From the NCBI RefSeq assembly GCF_035594765.1, contig NC_085842.1:141435036-141499035 (forward strand): a DNA stretch of 64,000 bases, in the 5' to 3' direction. A program made the position numbers and the translations under genes. Of the stretch, positions 39,426-53,580 are shown in pieces; positions within the stretch are counted from its first letter, which is position 1; each line of letters starts with the position of its first letter. The notes beneath the pieces are model-generated. The model made no database searches, was not told where the DNA came from, and was given only the letters and a program-made list of their open reading frames with translations. The stretch is from Anolis carolinensis (taxonomy: Eukaryota).

Positions 39426-42400
39426 TTGCAATGAGAATTTTCTCTCCCCTCATGATGTACTGTCTTCATGCTCAAGGCATGGTCCATGTATTTTTGCACA
39501 ATACGCATCGGGTAGGTTGCTATGATATTCACTGATAATTTAAGAACATTGCAATAAATAAACTGGTCTAATTTGTTGTAAGAGCAGGTGATTGTGAGGC
39601 CTGTGAAATGTCCACAAGACAGAATTACCTAAGCTCCTTATCTACTTTATATATACCGTATGCCAAGTCAAGATAAAGAAACTGGGAAGGTAAAGAACTC
39701 CTGGCAGCATATCACATACTGTTTAAATGAATGTTCCCATTCTTCTTTTTAGATTTTTTTTTAAAAAATCTACTCAGGTGCTTTCAAGCAGAAAGAAGTC
39801 ATTTAATTTTATTGTTTCTCTTCTTTCCATTTTATTTATTTTATATTATGACAGTTGTAAGCCATGGGAGCTTACCGTATAGGAACTCAGCCAGTTCCTA
39901 ATATATAGACAAATTTTATACCAACAGGAGATGAAGCATTATTTGCTGGCATGCAGTGGAGGGAATGTGCATTTTTGAAATTACCTTAATTAATAAACTC
40001 TTTCTGACTTTTGATTTTCCAGATCTAGCCAGACTGCCTCAATGAGATAAGGAATATTTTAGCCAGCCCTTGTTATTCTCATGAGTTTAGTCTCAGGGCC
40101 CTTTGTGGATAGCAAAATCTGTGGATGCTCAAGTCCAATTACATACAATGGCATAGTAAAATTATGTCCACTATATACAATGGCAGGACCAAAGATTTTT
40201 TAAAAATAAAAAACCATTTTCAAGCTAATGTTGGTTGAGTCTGTGAATACAGAAACCATAATATGAAGGGCTGGCTATTTCTGAGATGAATATGCAGATG
40301 TGGCAGCCAATGAACAGCATACCAGTCCGGAAGACTTGACATAGTACCTCTGTGCTTGAAACACCAATGGGGTGTCAATTCAGAATTCCACAGGTCAACA
40401 GAAAAAGAAGTGTGTGCTTCATCGCTCCCTACCCACTTTGTTAGGCAGCCAACTTTGCATACCTTCCATTTACCATAATACTCTGACTTGGTTCCTTTCA
40501 TTTGGGTTGAAAGGTGAAAAAAGTGGCAACTAGCTCTTATTACTTACTTGGCATATGTGGGAATTATGCTTCCAGAAGCGGAAGAAAACAGGTGGTTTTG
40601 TCTGCAACCTAGCACCAATCTGCAATGTGAAATGTGTTTCACTAAACAATTACTTTACTTTTCAGAGGTTGGTTCAGCAGTAAAGTGGAGATTGAACTCC
40701 CTCTGAGAGTCCAAGATAGCCAAAGCCTCCCAATAAATACAGACTGAAGGGAAAGTCTATGGAGAGCCATTCCTTTTCCTTTGAGCCAATTTCCTCCTGC
40801 TGCCAAGTACTACCCAAAGAAAATACATTAAAATCAGTACTCCTGAAAAAAGAAAGGAAGAAAAAGACAAGGTCTTGAATAATAGGTCTTGCAGACAGAA
40901 ATGCGCAGTCTGAAGCTGCTTACAACAGACTGCTAGCTTGTCACAACACTTGCCCACAGATTTTCCTGTTGTAAAATATTATGCACTTCCTGGAAGCCAG
41001 CACTGTGTTGTTTTTGCTAATGCCATGCTGTGGCAGTATAAGAAAGGGCTATTCCTTCCACAATGTGCTTCTCTGGTTTAGATGGAGCTGTTTGCTCTGG
41101 GAAAATTACAGCTCTGGAAAAACTGGGTGTAGTGGCCTTGGCAGTTCTGTGCTGATGGCATTTCTTCTCTCCGTTTCCATGAATACAGTCAGAGATGCCT
41201 TGTTCCCTTCTTTACAGAAGAGGGCTGTCTCTCAGAGAACAGTCCTCTGTTTGAATTAATAAAAAGATCCATCAGAAGGGAGAGGAGAAAGACATACAGC
41301 TAACAGGATCTGGCGACTAACACAACTCACCTGATCACACTGTAGTGTAACACATGACAGTGAAATGTATTGTTCTTTTATTTAAATGTCAATGTAATTG
41401 CTGCTGCTTCTCCTGCTGCTGTTGTGTGCCCTCAAACAAATTCCAATGTAGGACAACTATTTGTAGGGTTGCTCTTTTTTTTTGGAGGGGGGGGGGGAGA
41501 TTTATTCATGGGAAGTTGAATCATAGAATCACAGACTTGGAAGATACCACCAAGGACATCCAGTATAGGAGGTTTACCAGTGCTTTCCTCTTATGTGTGG
41601 CTTGCCAGGAATTCAAACCATGGTTTCCCATAGTGTAGTTTAACACTGAGACAACAGCATAAGTCAGATTACCACTGACATGATCCTTTAGGACCACACC
41701 AGATCAGCCTCAGATATGTGCCACATGAGCACCCCTTCAGCTGTTGTGAAGGCAGAAGGGAGCTTCCCTTCCTGTCACCATACACCTTTCATGTCATGGT
41801 GATCTCCAGTGTGTCTCAGGTCTTACCTGTCTGCCGTTGCATGCAGTGACATTGACCGGGGTGAAAGGATGCTGAGGATGGAAAGGGGGGGGGGGGGAGT
41901 GGATTAATTTCCCCAACTCTCCCCCATCCTTCCCAGAGTGCCTGAGCCCAGGAAACTGTGGGGACAGTTGTGGCCACTTCTGTTTTGGAACCAGCCCTAT
42001 TGTTCCCACAAACCCAAAGTTGAGAGATAGTCTGAATTCTGCCCCAGAATTCAGACTATACACTGATTTTGGATAACACAGGGCAAAGCCATATTAAGGT
42101 GGCCTTGACCTATGTTACCCTGGATCAGCACTGTTTGGTATTTGACTGCAATGGGACTGATCCAGCACTACAACAACCTAAGTGGTCAGTGTAGATATGG
42201 CCATTATGCTGTAAAATTTATGCAAATCTGAGTCTTTTTGTTCTCTCCTTTGGAGTAGTGCATTGTATCTTATATTCATGCTGATCCTGGCAAATGCAGA
42301 TAAACAAACAATGAATAACAGCAGTACATTTTTAGAAATCCCAGTTTATCAATTTGTTTGGGTTATTTTTGGTGTTACCACCTGTTCACTTCATGTAAAC

Positions 42401-42577
42401 ACAAGAATAAATGATAGTGCAACTAAAGTTCCAATATTTTATTGCTTGTGTCAGTCATACTTAATGTTTTTGTAAAATGCTCCTTTAAAACACAATATAA
42501 AATACAAAATAGTAATAATAATAATAATAACAATAATAATAATTAATAACAATAATATAATATGATATGATAATAAT

Positions 42578-43120
42578 CCAAATGATTCATTGGAACTTAT
42601 GCCTCAAGTACCACCTGCCAGCAGCAAAGAACTGGTGGGATCACAAACCGGCAAAAGTATTGGAAAATTAACACGCAAAGATACTGTGGAACTTCCGAAT
42701 CCAGACTGACAAAGTTCTGGAACACAACACACCAGACATCACAGTTCAGGAAAAGAAAAAGGTTTCGATCATTGATGTCGCCATACCAGGTGACAGTCGG
42801 ATTGACAAAAAACAACAGGAAAAACTCAGCCGCTATCAGTATCTCAAGATTGAACTTCAAAGACTCTGGCAGAAACCAGTGCAGGTGGTGATGGGCACAT
42901 TGGGTGCCATACCAAAAGACCTCAGCCGGCATTTGGAAACAATAGACTTTGACAAAATTACTATCTGCCAATTGCAAAAGGCCACCCTACTGGGATCTGC
43001 GCACATCATCCGAAAATACATCACACAGTCCTAGACACTTGGGAAGTGTTTGACTTGTGATTTTGTGATATGAAATCCAGCATATCTATCTTGTTTCCTG
43101 TGTCATAAAATAATAATAAT
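42578..43120 (+). mobile_element. R4/Dong-clade LINE 3' fragment (restriction-like endonuclease region) in an (AAT)n tract
   Basis: Translates as IHWNLC.KY, KILW.FRIQTDKVLEHNTPDITV, IDVAIPGD, EKLSRYQ.LK and LQKATLLGSAHIIRKYITQS*; (TAA)n on both sides. Confidence 0.82.
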
Positions 43121-43890
43121 ACAAAATTTATTTCTTACCCACCTCTCCTCATGACTCGAGGCAGGTCACAAACACCGTCAAAAACACACAAATACTATAT
43201 ATATATATTTTCAAACAAACATATTAAAATGCAGTTCTAGAAAAGATACATATTAAAGCATTTCTATAAAATACACACTGATCACACATGACAGAGACCA
43301 AAACACAGGACATTAATTTAAAATTCATGCTTTAAACTGCCTGGGAAGGCCTGCCAGAAGAAATAGATTTTTAGATAGTTTTTAAATTCCGATGGCTGCT
43401 CTAACTGCTGGAGCTCTTTCGTCAGGTCATTCCATAGTCATGGGGCTGCAGATGAAAAGGTCCTCTGATTGACCATTGCTAGTTGAGTTCTGGCTGGTTG
43501 GAGCAGTTATCCCCCACAAGATCTAAGTGTGTGGGGCAGATTGCATGATGAAGGTGATCTTTTAGGTAACCTGGATCCAAACCATGTTGGGCTTTAAAGG
43601 TCAAAACCGTCACCATGTACTTTGCCAGGAATCTAACTGGCAGCCAGTGGAGTGACTTTAGAATAGGTGTAATATGCTCACTCCTAGATGTCCCTGTAAC
43701 CAATCTGGCTGCCATATTTTGACCCAAGTGGAGTTTCCAAACTTGGTATAAGGGTAGCCCAAATGTAAGGCACATTGCAGAAGTCCAACCTTAAGGTTAC
43801 CAGTGCATGCACTACCAACTTCAGGCCCTCCAAACCTAGGAAGGGGCACAGCAGGAGGGTCAGACGAAGCTAATAGTAAGCACTTCTAGC
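43121..43890 (-). mobile_element. Old L2 3' fragment
   Basis: QNMAARLVTG...EHITPILKSLHWLPV on the minus strand, with an L2-like 3' end near 43130-43170. Confidence 0.8.
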
Positions 43891-46187
43891 CATATGATCC
43901 ATATAATTAAATAAATAACAGAATCAAATAGATAAGAACAATTTTTTAAATTAATAATACAGGTTAACACTGAGAGAAGCTGAGAAAAACAAATCCATCC
44001 AAAAAACCAAATACCTTTTCAGAATAATAAAAAGCCTATTTCTTTGTTCATTTGTCCTGGGACACTGTTTCTGGTCTCTTGCAAAGTTGTTTTTATGTGC
44101 ATCTGTGAACTAAGTTCTTTCCCCCGTGTGTCAGGGAAATAATAGCTTGATGCATGCATCTGGGACAATGTATTGCCATATTTTACAGGCAATACATAAA
44201 GGGAGAGAGAAGGTTACAGGTAGTGTAGATTCTATATGACCTATAGTATAAACCTCTCTTTCTCTAGAACAGTAACTAGTCTGATAGACTATTTATTTAT
44301 TTATTTATTTATTATTATATCACTTCTACCCCGCCCTTCTCACCCATCAGGGGACTCAGGGTGGCTTACAAAATAAACATATACATCAGAAACAGTTTAC
44401 ATCAAATTTAAAAATCTATTACAATTAAAAATTACAAAAAAATCAGAATTAAGAATTAAAATGTCATGGCATTTATGTTTACATTTTTAGGGAGGTAAAT
44501 ATTTTAAACATTAAACAGAACCCCTCCCCCTACAAAAAAAAAAGTTATTCTGTCTTCCTTCTCTCTCCTCCCATCTCTCTTTTATGATAAATCCACTCCA
44601 CTATCAATGCTGCAGGAAAAGTCCTATTTTCATAAGTTTTTGGAACACTCCCTCCACCAACACAGATTGATGAAATAATATTTGGAATAGTGCTGAGTGC
44701 GAAGAAAAGAAAGAGTCTTCACAGAGATGCTTAGAGAGAAATGGAGTCTTGCTGTGATAATGAAAATGCCATCTTAAATCCTGTTTTTCCTGAACCTCCC
44801 TGTGTGAGGTGCCAAAATTTAAAGAAGAAAGTCCAATTTTCCTTATTCCTATCCTTTAGCTCTTTGGCTGCTCAGTTATGTATTCTGCTTTCTGCAGAAT
44901 CAAATCAAATCAAAAGGCTTGAGGAAGATGTGTTTTTTTCCAAATGGTTTATCTTTTTGTAGGTGGATATTCCACAGAATGTTGAGTTTATTTCCTTCAA
45001 GGTTTTATCCTGGCTGCGGTGATGATATTTGTAAGTGATGGTGGCATTTTTGGCTCTGCTGGTGGCTAATGCCAGAAGCACACAAGAACCTTGGCCATCT
45101 ATCATTAAGTGTGGAGCTCCTTCTTGGTTTATGCACTCATATTTCATTCAACTGGAGCGGGTGAGACTCACATAACAGCAAGTGAACTTCACTTGAATGA
45201 GGATGATTTGAGGATGAGCTAATAAAACAGCAAGAGCTGGCAAACATGAGTCTTTTCTGTGTGAGCTCCAGACATCTGGAAGCAGGGCATTACTACATCT
45301 ATCTTCTTCACTGGCAAATGACTGATTAAACTGGAGGGCTACCTCACAGGGCATTGTGCCAAGGAAGAGAGCAGCAGCATTCTGGAGAGAATAAAGGTAT
45401 GATTCATACTGGTAAACATCCATTAGTCAACTGAGAGAAGCCCTAATATAGAAGCAGAAGGTCAAGAAGGGATAATATATATGACTATCTCACTCAGAAC
45501 AACCTAAAGATTAGAAACATCTGCTCCAAGGCAAAACAGCATCTTTCTGCCTATAGCAACATTGCACAAAACACCTTCAGAATTGAGATAACCCATCTGT
45601 GATTGTAGTGGTGTGTTGGAGGAGTGACTTTCTGCAGCCATTTTGGGGACATGAAGGATCTCAGTTGTAAATGCTGCATCCCAGTGATATTGCAAATCTT
45701 TCCCTTCTGATTTCTTGTATAGCTGTAGACTAGTACACTTTACAGACTGCCAGAAAAGGTCTACTAAATATTAAAGTCTGGGAGAAAGTTGCTTTGTTTA
45801 CTTTCTATGTGTATGGCTTTAATTCACACTCCCTGAATCAATATGCAGATTGTGATAAGGTTGTCCTTCAGATTGTAAACTTTCTCTAATGATGCAGTTC
45901 AGATCTTGACTCAAAACCTTATGCAGAAGATATGCATGTTAGGAAAGAATGCATACAAAAATCACATATTAGGAAGCATTGTATACAATCATAAATGTGA
46001 CTTTTCACACTTTAAAAATGCAGCCCTGTGCAGAGTCTATACAGAATGGAATTATGTTTCACTATATATGAAACTAGGCCCCTACTGAGGCCACTACCAG
46101 GCCCCTACTGAGGTATTCTTAAAGTGTGTCTATTCAACATGTGACAGTAGAAAACATAATAGCCCCACCCACTCAGTCATCCACTTA

Positions 46188-46335
46188 GGCCCCTTCTACA
46201 CAGCTGTATAAAATCCACATTATCTGCTTTGAACTGGATTATATGGCAGTGTAGACTTAGATAATCCAGTTCTTAGCAGATAATGTGGAATATCTGCCTT
46301 GATATTCTGGATTATATGGCAGTGTAGAAGAGCTC
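46188..46335. mobile_element. PIF/Harbinger MITE
   Basis: TTA TSD (46185-46187, 46336-46338); TIR ggccccttctacac / gtgtagaagagctc; a half copy lies at ~46480-46552. Confidence 0.75.
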
Positions 46336-46554
46336 TTAGTTCATTACTCTTTGTCTAAAGCAGCAGACAGTTTAAAGAAGAGGGACTCTCCTTTCCGTTG
46401 TGGCAACTCTGTGTATGATTTGGAAACATCTTTGTACAAGGAGTGTCTTCTGAACTGGAGTGCCTCTACATAGACTCATACATCCCATCTACACTGCCAT
46501 ATAAAATCCAGATTATCTGCTTTGAACTGGATTATATAGCAGAGTAGACTCATA

Positions 46555-46909
46555 TGGAACTTAGTCAGCCTTGGCCGCCTTAGTAGATGATTTCCAGAGA
46601 GAGCTCGACAGGGGGAGTATGGCTCTGTTGGTTCTCTTGGACCTCGCAGCAGTTTTTGATACCATAGACCAGGGGTCCCCAAACTTTTTAAACAGGGGGC
46701 CAGTTCACAATTCTTCGGACCATTGGAGGGCCGGACTATAGTTGGCCAACGAGCATAAATAATAATAATAACAACAATAATAATAATAACAGCAATAATA
46801 ATAATAAAGAGGGTTGGAAGAGACCCCTTGGGCCATTGAGTCCAATCCCCTTCTGCTTTTGTGTACTGAAAGCACAAGCAAAGCACCCCTGACAGATGGT
46901 CACCCAGCC

Positions 46910-46941
<32 letters not shown>

Positions 46942-47059
46942 AATAATAATAAATAGGGTTGGAAGAGACTCCTTGGGCCATTGAATCCAATCCCCTTCTG
47001 CCTTTGTGCATTGAAAACACAAGCAAAGCACCCTTGACAGATGGCCACCCAGCCTCAAT

Positions 47060-47112
<53 letters not shown>

Positions 47113-47230
47113 GGGTTGGAAGAGACTCCTTGGGCCATTGAGTCCAATCCCCTTCTGCCTTTGTGCACCGAAAACACAAGAAAAGCACCCTTGATGGCCA
47201 CCCAGCCTCAGATGGCCACCCAGCCTCAAT

Positions 47231-47278
<48 letters not shown>

Positions 47279-47362
47279 GAGGGTTGGAAGAGACCTCTTG
47301 GGCCATTGAGTCCAACCCCCTTCTGCACACACAAAGCACCCCTGAGAGATGGCCACCCAGCC

Positions 47363-47414
<52 letters not shown>

Positions 47415-48485
47415 TGGTTGTAAGAGAAGAAGAGACCCCTTGGGTCATTTAGCCCAACCCCCTTATGCCCTTGTGCCTTGGGGGCCGGATAAATGGCTCC
47501 GATGGGCCGCATCCGGCCCCCGGGCCTTAGTTTGGGGATCCCTGCCATAGACCATAGTATCCTTCTGGGTCAGCTCGCAAGGATGGGTCTTGGAGGTGCT
47601 GTTTTCCAGTGGCTCCAGTCCTTCCTGGAGGATCGTACCTAAAAGGTGTTGTTAGGCGACTCATGCTCGGCCCTACAGCCATTATTCTGTGGTGTCCCGC
47701 AGGGTTCAGTATTGTCCCCCATGTTGTTTAACATCTACAGGAAGCTGCTGGGTGAGATAATCCAGAGTTTTGGAGTTTGATGTCATCTGCTCGAAGATGA
47801 CTACTCCTTTTCACCAGATGCTAAGGAAGCTGTCCAGTCTGTGAACCAGTCTGTGAACAGCCTGGATGCTGTGATAGTCTGGATGAGGGCGAACAAATTG
47901 AAATTGAATCCAGACAAGACAGCATCCTCCTGGTCAGTCTTAAGGCCAAACAGGGTATAGGGTTACAGCCTGTGCTAGATGGGGTCACACTCCCTTGAAA
48001 GCGCAGATTCACAGCTTGGGAGTCCTCCTTAACTGATCACTGAGCCTGGAACCTCAGGTTTCAGGGGTGGCTAGGGGGGCTTTCACACAATTAAAACTCG
48101 TGCACCAGTTGCGCCCGTACCTTGGGAAGTCAGTGTTGACCACAGTGGTCCACGCTCTCGTTACACCTAGGATAGACTACTGCAATGCGCTCTACGTGGG
48201 GTTGCTTTTGAAGACTGTTTGGATGCTTCATATAGTCCAGTGAGAGGCAGTCAGGTTAATAACTAGGGCAGCGTACAGGAGCACAAAACTCCCATGTTGC
48301 GTCAGCTCCATTGGCTGCCAGTTAGCTACTGAGCACAATTCAAAGTGCTGGCTTTGGCCTATAAAGCCTTAAACGGCCCTGGTGCAGTTTACCTGTCTGA
48401 ATGCCTCTCCCTCTATGAACCACTACAGAGATTAAGTTCTTCCGGGGAGGCCCTGTTCTCAATCCCACACTGTCACAGGCAAGAT
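46555..48485 (+). mobile_element. L2 LINE fragment split by a hAT insertion
   Basis: LLDL.AVFDTID[hAT]HSILL, GVPQGSVLSP, tagactactgcaatgcgctctacgtggg and cagctccattggctgcc. Confidence 0.88.
46670..47544 (-). mobile_element. Non-autonomous Charlie-group hAT element, related to 19522-21109 and in the opposite orientation
   Basis: TIR CAGGGGTCCCCAAACT / AGTTTGGGGATCCCTG; exact 8-bp TSD ccatagac (46662-46669, 47545-47552); 4-5 internal ~150-bp modules separated by (AAT)n. Confidence 0.93.
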
Positions 48486-50737
48486 TAGATCAGCCCCCCC
48501 CCACACACTTTAGAAAGATACTTAGAACCTGATCCAAAAACCACTGCTCCCCATGTGAGCAATTCTGTGGGAGGATCATATCAAAGATGTGATCACTCCC
48601 ACCATCCTTTTTCTAAAACGATTCAACCTTGCAGAAACTGCTTTTCTTATCATGGTGTTATATGCATCTGCATGTAGTGCAGGGTTAGAGAAAATGTAGT
48701 CCTTCAAATTTTTCTCTCTCTTTTTGGCCATCACATCCCATCACTTTGCCCAGCAGGGATTATAGAAAAAGACTGTGGGAATAGTAGCACAAACATCGGG
48801 AGGGCTGAAGAGTCCCCACTCCTGATGTAATGTCTAGTTTGGGTACGGAAGTCATTTATGTTAGAAAATAGGTCTGCCTTATAGCCTGAGTAGCGAAATA
48901 ATCAGTGTGCTCCTTTTATCCTACAATACTTTTCATCTTCTTTTAGAGCCTTTCTTGAAGCTAGAATCATATTTACTATTCCTTCTAACATCCATTGGAT
49001 CTTCTTTTGAAACATTAGTGCACAGTAATGGTACTTTCATTGTTATCAGACAGATAACAATACAATACAGAGAAGGGGAGCGTTACCGATGCCCATTTGT
49101 GACGTTTTCTCATATACTGCTTCTTTTAACTATCCATGGATACTTAAATAATGCATAAATCTGTCTTATTAAATGTGTGTAGAATATTAATGGAAATATG
49201 ACTTGGAAGTTAAAAGGTAGCCTTCATTTTCAATTCCCTTTGGGTTAATCAGTTAATTGAGTATCATCTCTGTCTAGTGCTGAAAGCTGATTTTAGGTTC
49301 TGCTTGAGAGTCATCTTCAATGGGCGTATGCAGAAATATGTCGGCATGCAAAGTACCAGATGAAGAATACTAGCAAGAGGCTCAAAGAAAACAATCAAGG
49401 GGCTTATCTTTACTCACCACTATTTTTTATTATTGCTAATGGGGTTATGCTTGCCAAAAATTGGTAAACAGCAACTGTCTAGAGCATTGTGGAAAGCTCT
49501 GCAGACGCTAGCCCTTGTAAGTCTTTTTCAATATTGATTTTTATTATATGTAATATATATAAATTGGGCAAATTAGTAATGTAAATCTTTCATCCTCAGT
49601 GCAAAGATGAGTACTCTCCATATTTTTCATCTCCTGAAGGAGAACACAAATATTTCTGTGCAGTATTCTTCCTGATTTTTGCATACCCTGAACTGATCTA
49701 GGGAATTACTTTGCTCAGTAATATAACTGACTTTTCTATGCAAATTACTGGTGCGGATTTATTGTTTTGCACAGAAAATGTTTTATGTGAAAAAGTTATT
49801 TTGTGCAGAAAACCCACATGCAGAATGATTACTAGAACATTTCAGGTTACATAGATGCCAGAACAAAACCATGAAAAGGTTTTTCTGTTGTCTTAGTCTA
49901 TTCAACATGGTTTCTCAAGTGTCAAAAAACTCCTATTTTTAGGTCTGGAGATAAAAAATAAACATTATTCCTGTTCCCGAGACTAAAGTGAGGACAGGGT
50001 TATGCTGAGATGATGGAGACCACAGATATAACAACCAAATGCAAAGGTGGAGAGAACTGCTGCATTCTTTTTTGTGTGAATATGAGGGCTCATCTACACC
50101 AGGCAGATTAGTCCAGAGCAAATTTGCCCAGGAGCAGCTCTGGATTTGCCATATTTGTGTCAAACCCAGGGTGGTTGCCCAGAGTCTGGGACCGCATCCA
50201 ATCGGGACTTTTATGTTCCTGCTACTGCCACTCGCAGTCAGTCACAGAACTCTGTCCAAGATCCTGGACATCATGGATGATTCTACTGATGTCAGAACAG
50301 GGTCTCCACAGAATCAGTATGAAGAAGGGGACCATCTCATGAGGGCAGGGAAAGAATCAGGCCAAATCAGCTGTCTAGACAATCCTGAAGCCCCAATATA
50401 CTCTGAGTTTTTAGTAAAGTTGGTTTGAAGCAAAAAACTTAGGGATACTCATCAGAAGCCACTGGGCATTATGGCAACAGCCAGTAGTCTTTTCTCAGTG
50501 AGTACAGGTTTTTTGCCAATATACATTTGCTCTGCAGGTTGTGAAGCAAACCACGTATTTTCTTGCAAAATTCTTCCTCTCTCTCGTTGCAATGTGGAAA
50601 AAGGTCTGTCAGCATATTTGGACTCATTTTCAAAAATGAAGTCTATGGAAGATTTAGGGATGCCATAGAAATGCTAAATTCAGTTCTGGACAACTTTACT
50701 TGCTCCTGTGTTGTATCTCCCCATATTCCTCCCTGAG

Positions 50738-51007
50738 CAGTGCCAGATTTACCACTGTGCTTAGGTGTGCCTAAGCACAGGGCCCCGTTGGCCAGGAGGG
50801 CCCATCTTCCTTCCAATTTTTTTCCTATGGATTTTGCTTATGTGGGGCAATTCTAAATTTGAAAATGATTTGTTTCTGAACAATTCCAGACAATATCATT
50901 ATGTGTATGGGAGTGTGCCGCAAAGCAGGCCTCCCTCCTTCAGGGCCCAAGGAAGGGTCTCATAATCTAACTAGCATGGGGCCTCATTTATCCTAAATCT
51001 GACACTG
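50738..51007. mobile_element. hAT-type MITE
   Basis: TIR CAGTGCCAGATTTA / TAAATCTGACACTG (13/14); flanks tccctgag/tccctgta. Confidence 0.7.
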
Positions 51008-52864
51008 TCCCTGTACTTTGAGATCAGCTACTAAAAATCTATTTGAATTTTTTTGCTCCTTTATACACAAGGCTTGAGATGAAGGAAGTCCATATAAGGG
51101 TACTTTCAGTAAAAGGAATGCCAATTGTTAGTGTATTTTCAGGAGCATCTGTATTTTTAGTCACACCAAGCTTGATTCTACTCAGAAGGAACACATATTT
51201 GTTTTAGGCTTGCACTTTGTACTCCAACTTAGTGTGAAAAAACTTTCCTCTGTTTCTTGCTGGGTCTGCACTGGCCATTGAAGCAACCTTATTATTATAG
51301 CTGAAGTCTACTATGCCAGGGGAATGTTTGCACACAATGTCTCCCTTATTTCTCTTCCCATTTCTCTAATCAATGATAGAAACGGTTTAGTTTTCACAGC
51401 TTATCTGACACTACAGTGTCTACACAGAGATTAAACTCCTCTTTCCACATTTTCACGCCAGTTTTGAATTTGAAGCTTGCAGGTTCAATATGTCAAATGG
51501 ATCCAAGCCTTCTATTCTCTCTCTCACACTCACTCAACCCCCCCCCCCCTCTCATTCTCCCTTATCCCTACAAAGACAAGTTTCTTATTCTTCTACCACC
51601 ATGACTCGGCTTTGTGGGAGTGCATCTTACATTCTCTTAAGTGTTTTATAAGGCCTTTTCAGGTGGAAGCAGGGATGTAGAAATGGGTGGGGAAATGTCC
51701 TGATTAGGAACTGTCCTGGTTTAATACACAGTTTTAGTTAGCGTAACCCTCTCTTATCTTACTTTTCAGCATTTTAAAAAATATTCTATTTGCCTTCTCC
51801 CCATCTCATTTTTCCTCTTATTTCATTTGCTTCAAACCGTGCTAAAAGGTTTGAAGCAAAAGTAGTTCAGCTTAGTAAGAGTGAAAGGAGAAGACAGAGC
51901 AGAATCTTGCCCTTCCCTGTAGGCTATGACAGTCTCTTCTTTCCTATCTTTAGGAAACCATATTGTTGTTTTGTCACATGAGTCCCAGTTCTCATTTATG
52001 AAATGTTGTATAGTTTGTTTCTGGTGTGTTTTCATTAGGTTTCTTGGATGACAACACCTTAGTTGAAATAAGATGTTGGTTTTAAAATGTGCTTGCTGTT
52101 ACTAACATTTAAAATTTGTGTGTTGCTTGCCAAATGTTTAGTCTTTCCTTTAGCGTTGCATCTTGACCTTTTGCATGACAATAAGAATCATTCATGAATA
52201 CTCAAAAGACAATGAAAGATGTCTAAATATATCCTTGGGGCATATAATTAACTGACTTTCAGTAGAATTCCCCTTGCAGAATTGTGGGATCAGGACATTA
52301 AGTTGGGAGGCTGCTTTGAAACCCAGACCTTTCTGGCAAATTCTTCTCCTAACACCCTACAGTGCTTGACAACTTGACATTGAAGAAAACACTATCTGCT
52401 ACTGTAACTGTCTGATGCTGGCCGGCACTTGGTAAAGACACTGTGGACTGAACAGAAAGAATATGTTCCCTCCCTTTCTATCTTTTATTATGCATATATA
52501 GTATTAATGTACTGCATAATAAAATGTTGCAGCCTGTGCCAGACATGGCCAGAAGATAATCTGTGACAATAGAAAGAGATATTTGGATTTTTTTAAAACA
52601 AATTAAAAAAACCCCTACAGAAACAAAAACTGGAACTTCAAGGCAAAATAAGTTTTTCTCAGCCTGGCTGTTGAAGATTCCTTTAACTGGACAGTACCTA
52701 TCAGCCTGTGTATACAATGCACATGGTACATAATAACCTATGCTCCACCTCAGCATCCCACATTTATGCCTCACCAGAGAAGCTCAAAGATGGAATCTAC
52801 AGGGGTTTTTTTCTACAGCAGATATCTTCTTCCACTGATATTTTTCACATGACCTGGGGGTGTG

Positions 52865-53580
52865 TGTTCCGTCCCCCAGGACGATGGTTTGCCTTACCTA
52901 TTGGTCGTTTGTTTGTTTTCCCTCCTTTGCATTCTGTTTCAGCCTCTGGCTGCAAAAGCCTAGGAAAAGTGACTTGGAATCTGCAAGAGCTGGCTGCAGT
53001 TTTCTTTGCAGTGATTGGTCAAAGAATGCAACATCTTAGGACCGCCCTTTTTACCAGGGTCTAGTCTCCATTTTGGAGCTTCATTCTGGCTATAGTCTTA
53101 CAACGTGCTGGAGCTGTGCAAGGCTAACTGGGACAAATCATCCTCAAAACCAGGCCAATCTAAGCCTATCCAAATTAGATAAGTATTGAATTATATTGAT
53201 CTGGAATAGGAACTCTAGTTAGAGGAGCAGGGTTATTCTGTCGCTTCTAGAACTAATCTTTGCTGTAAAGATAGGGAAGGAAAGAGTTTCTCCTTCTAAT
53301 ATAGGCAGCGTGATTAGGGTATAGTGGTTTTATAATCACCTTTGCTTTCTGGAACCAGGGATAATTCTGTACCTAAAACCTATAGAAATTTGTTTCATTT
53401 TCTGCAACTTTAAGATCTGTGCCAGGTTTACAACCTTGTATGAATAAACATCCTTTTTTGAAGTTATCCAGACTCAGTCGTTCAATATCTATAGGACAGC
53501 TTATAGGGATTTGCAGTTCGCCCGGATAAAGGACAGCACGTTTCAGTTTTATAGTTTTTTATTGTCCGGCGGACGGCACA
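52865..53580 (+). repeat. 5' LTR
   Basis: TGTTCCGTCC...GGACGGCACA with inverted termini; contains AATAAA (~53443); identical by eye to 58830-59545. Confidence 0.97.

Noticed and set aside
46476-47550. ORFs with poly-I/L/N/H/Y tracts
   Set aside because: Translations of (AAT)n and (GAT)n microsatellites inside the hAT element.
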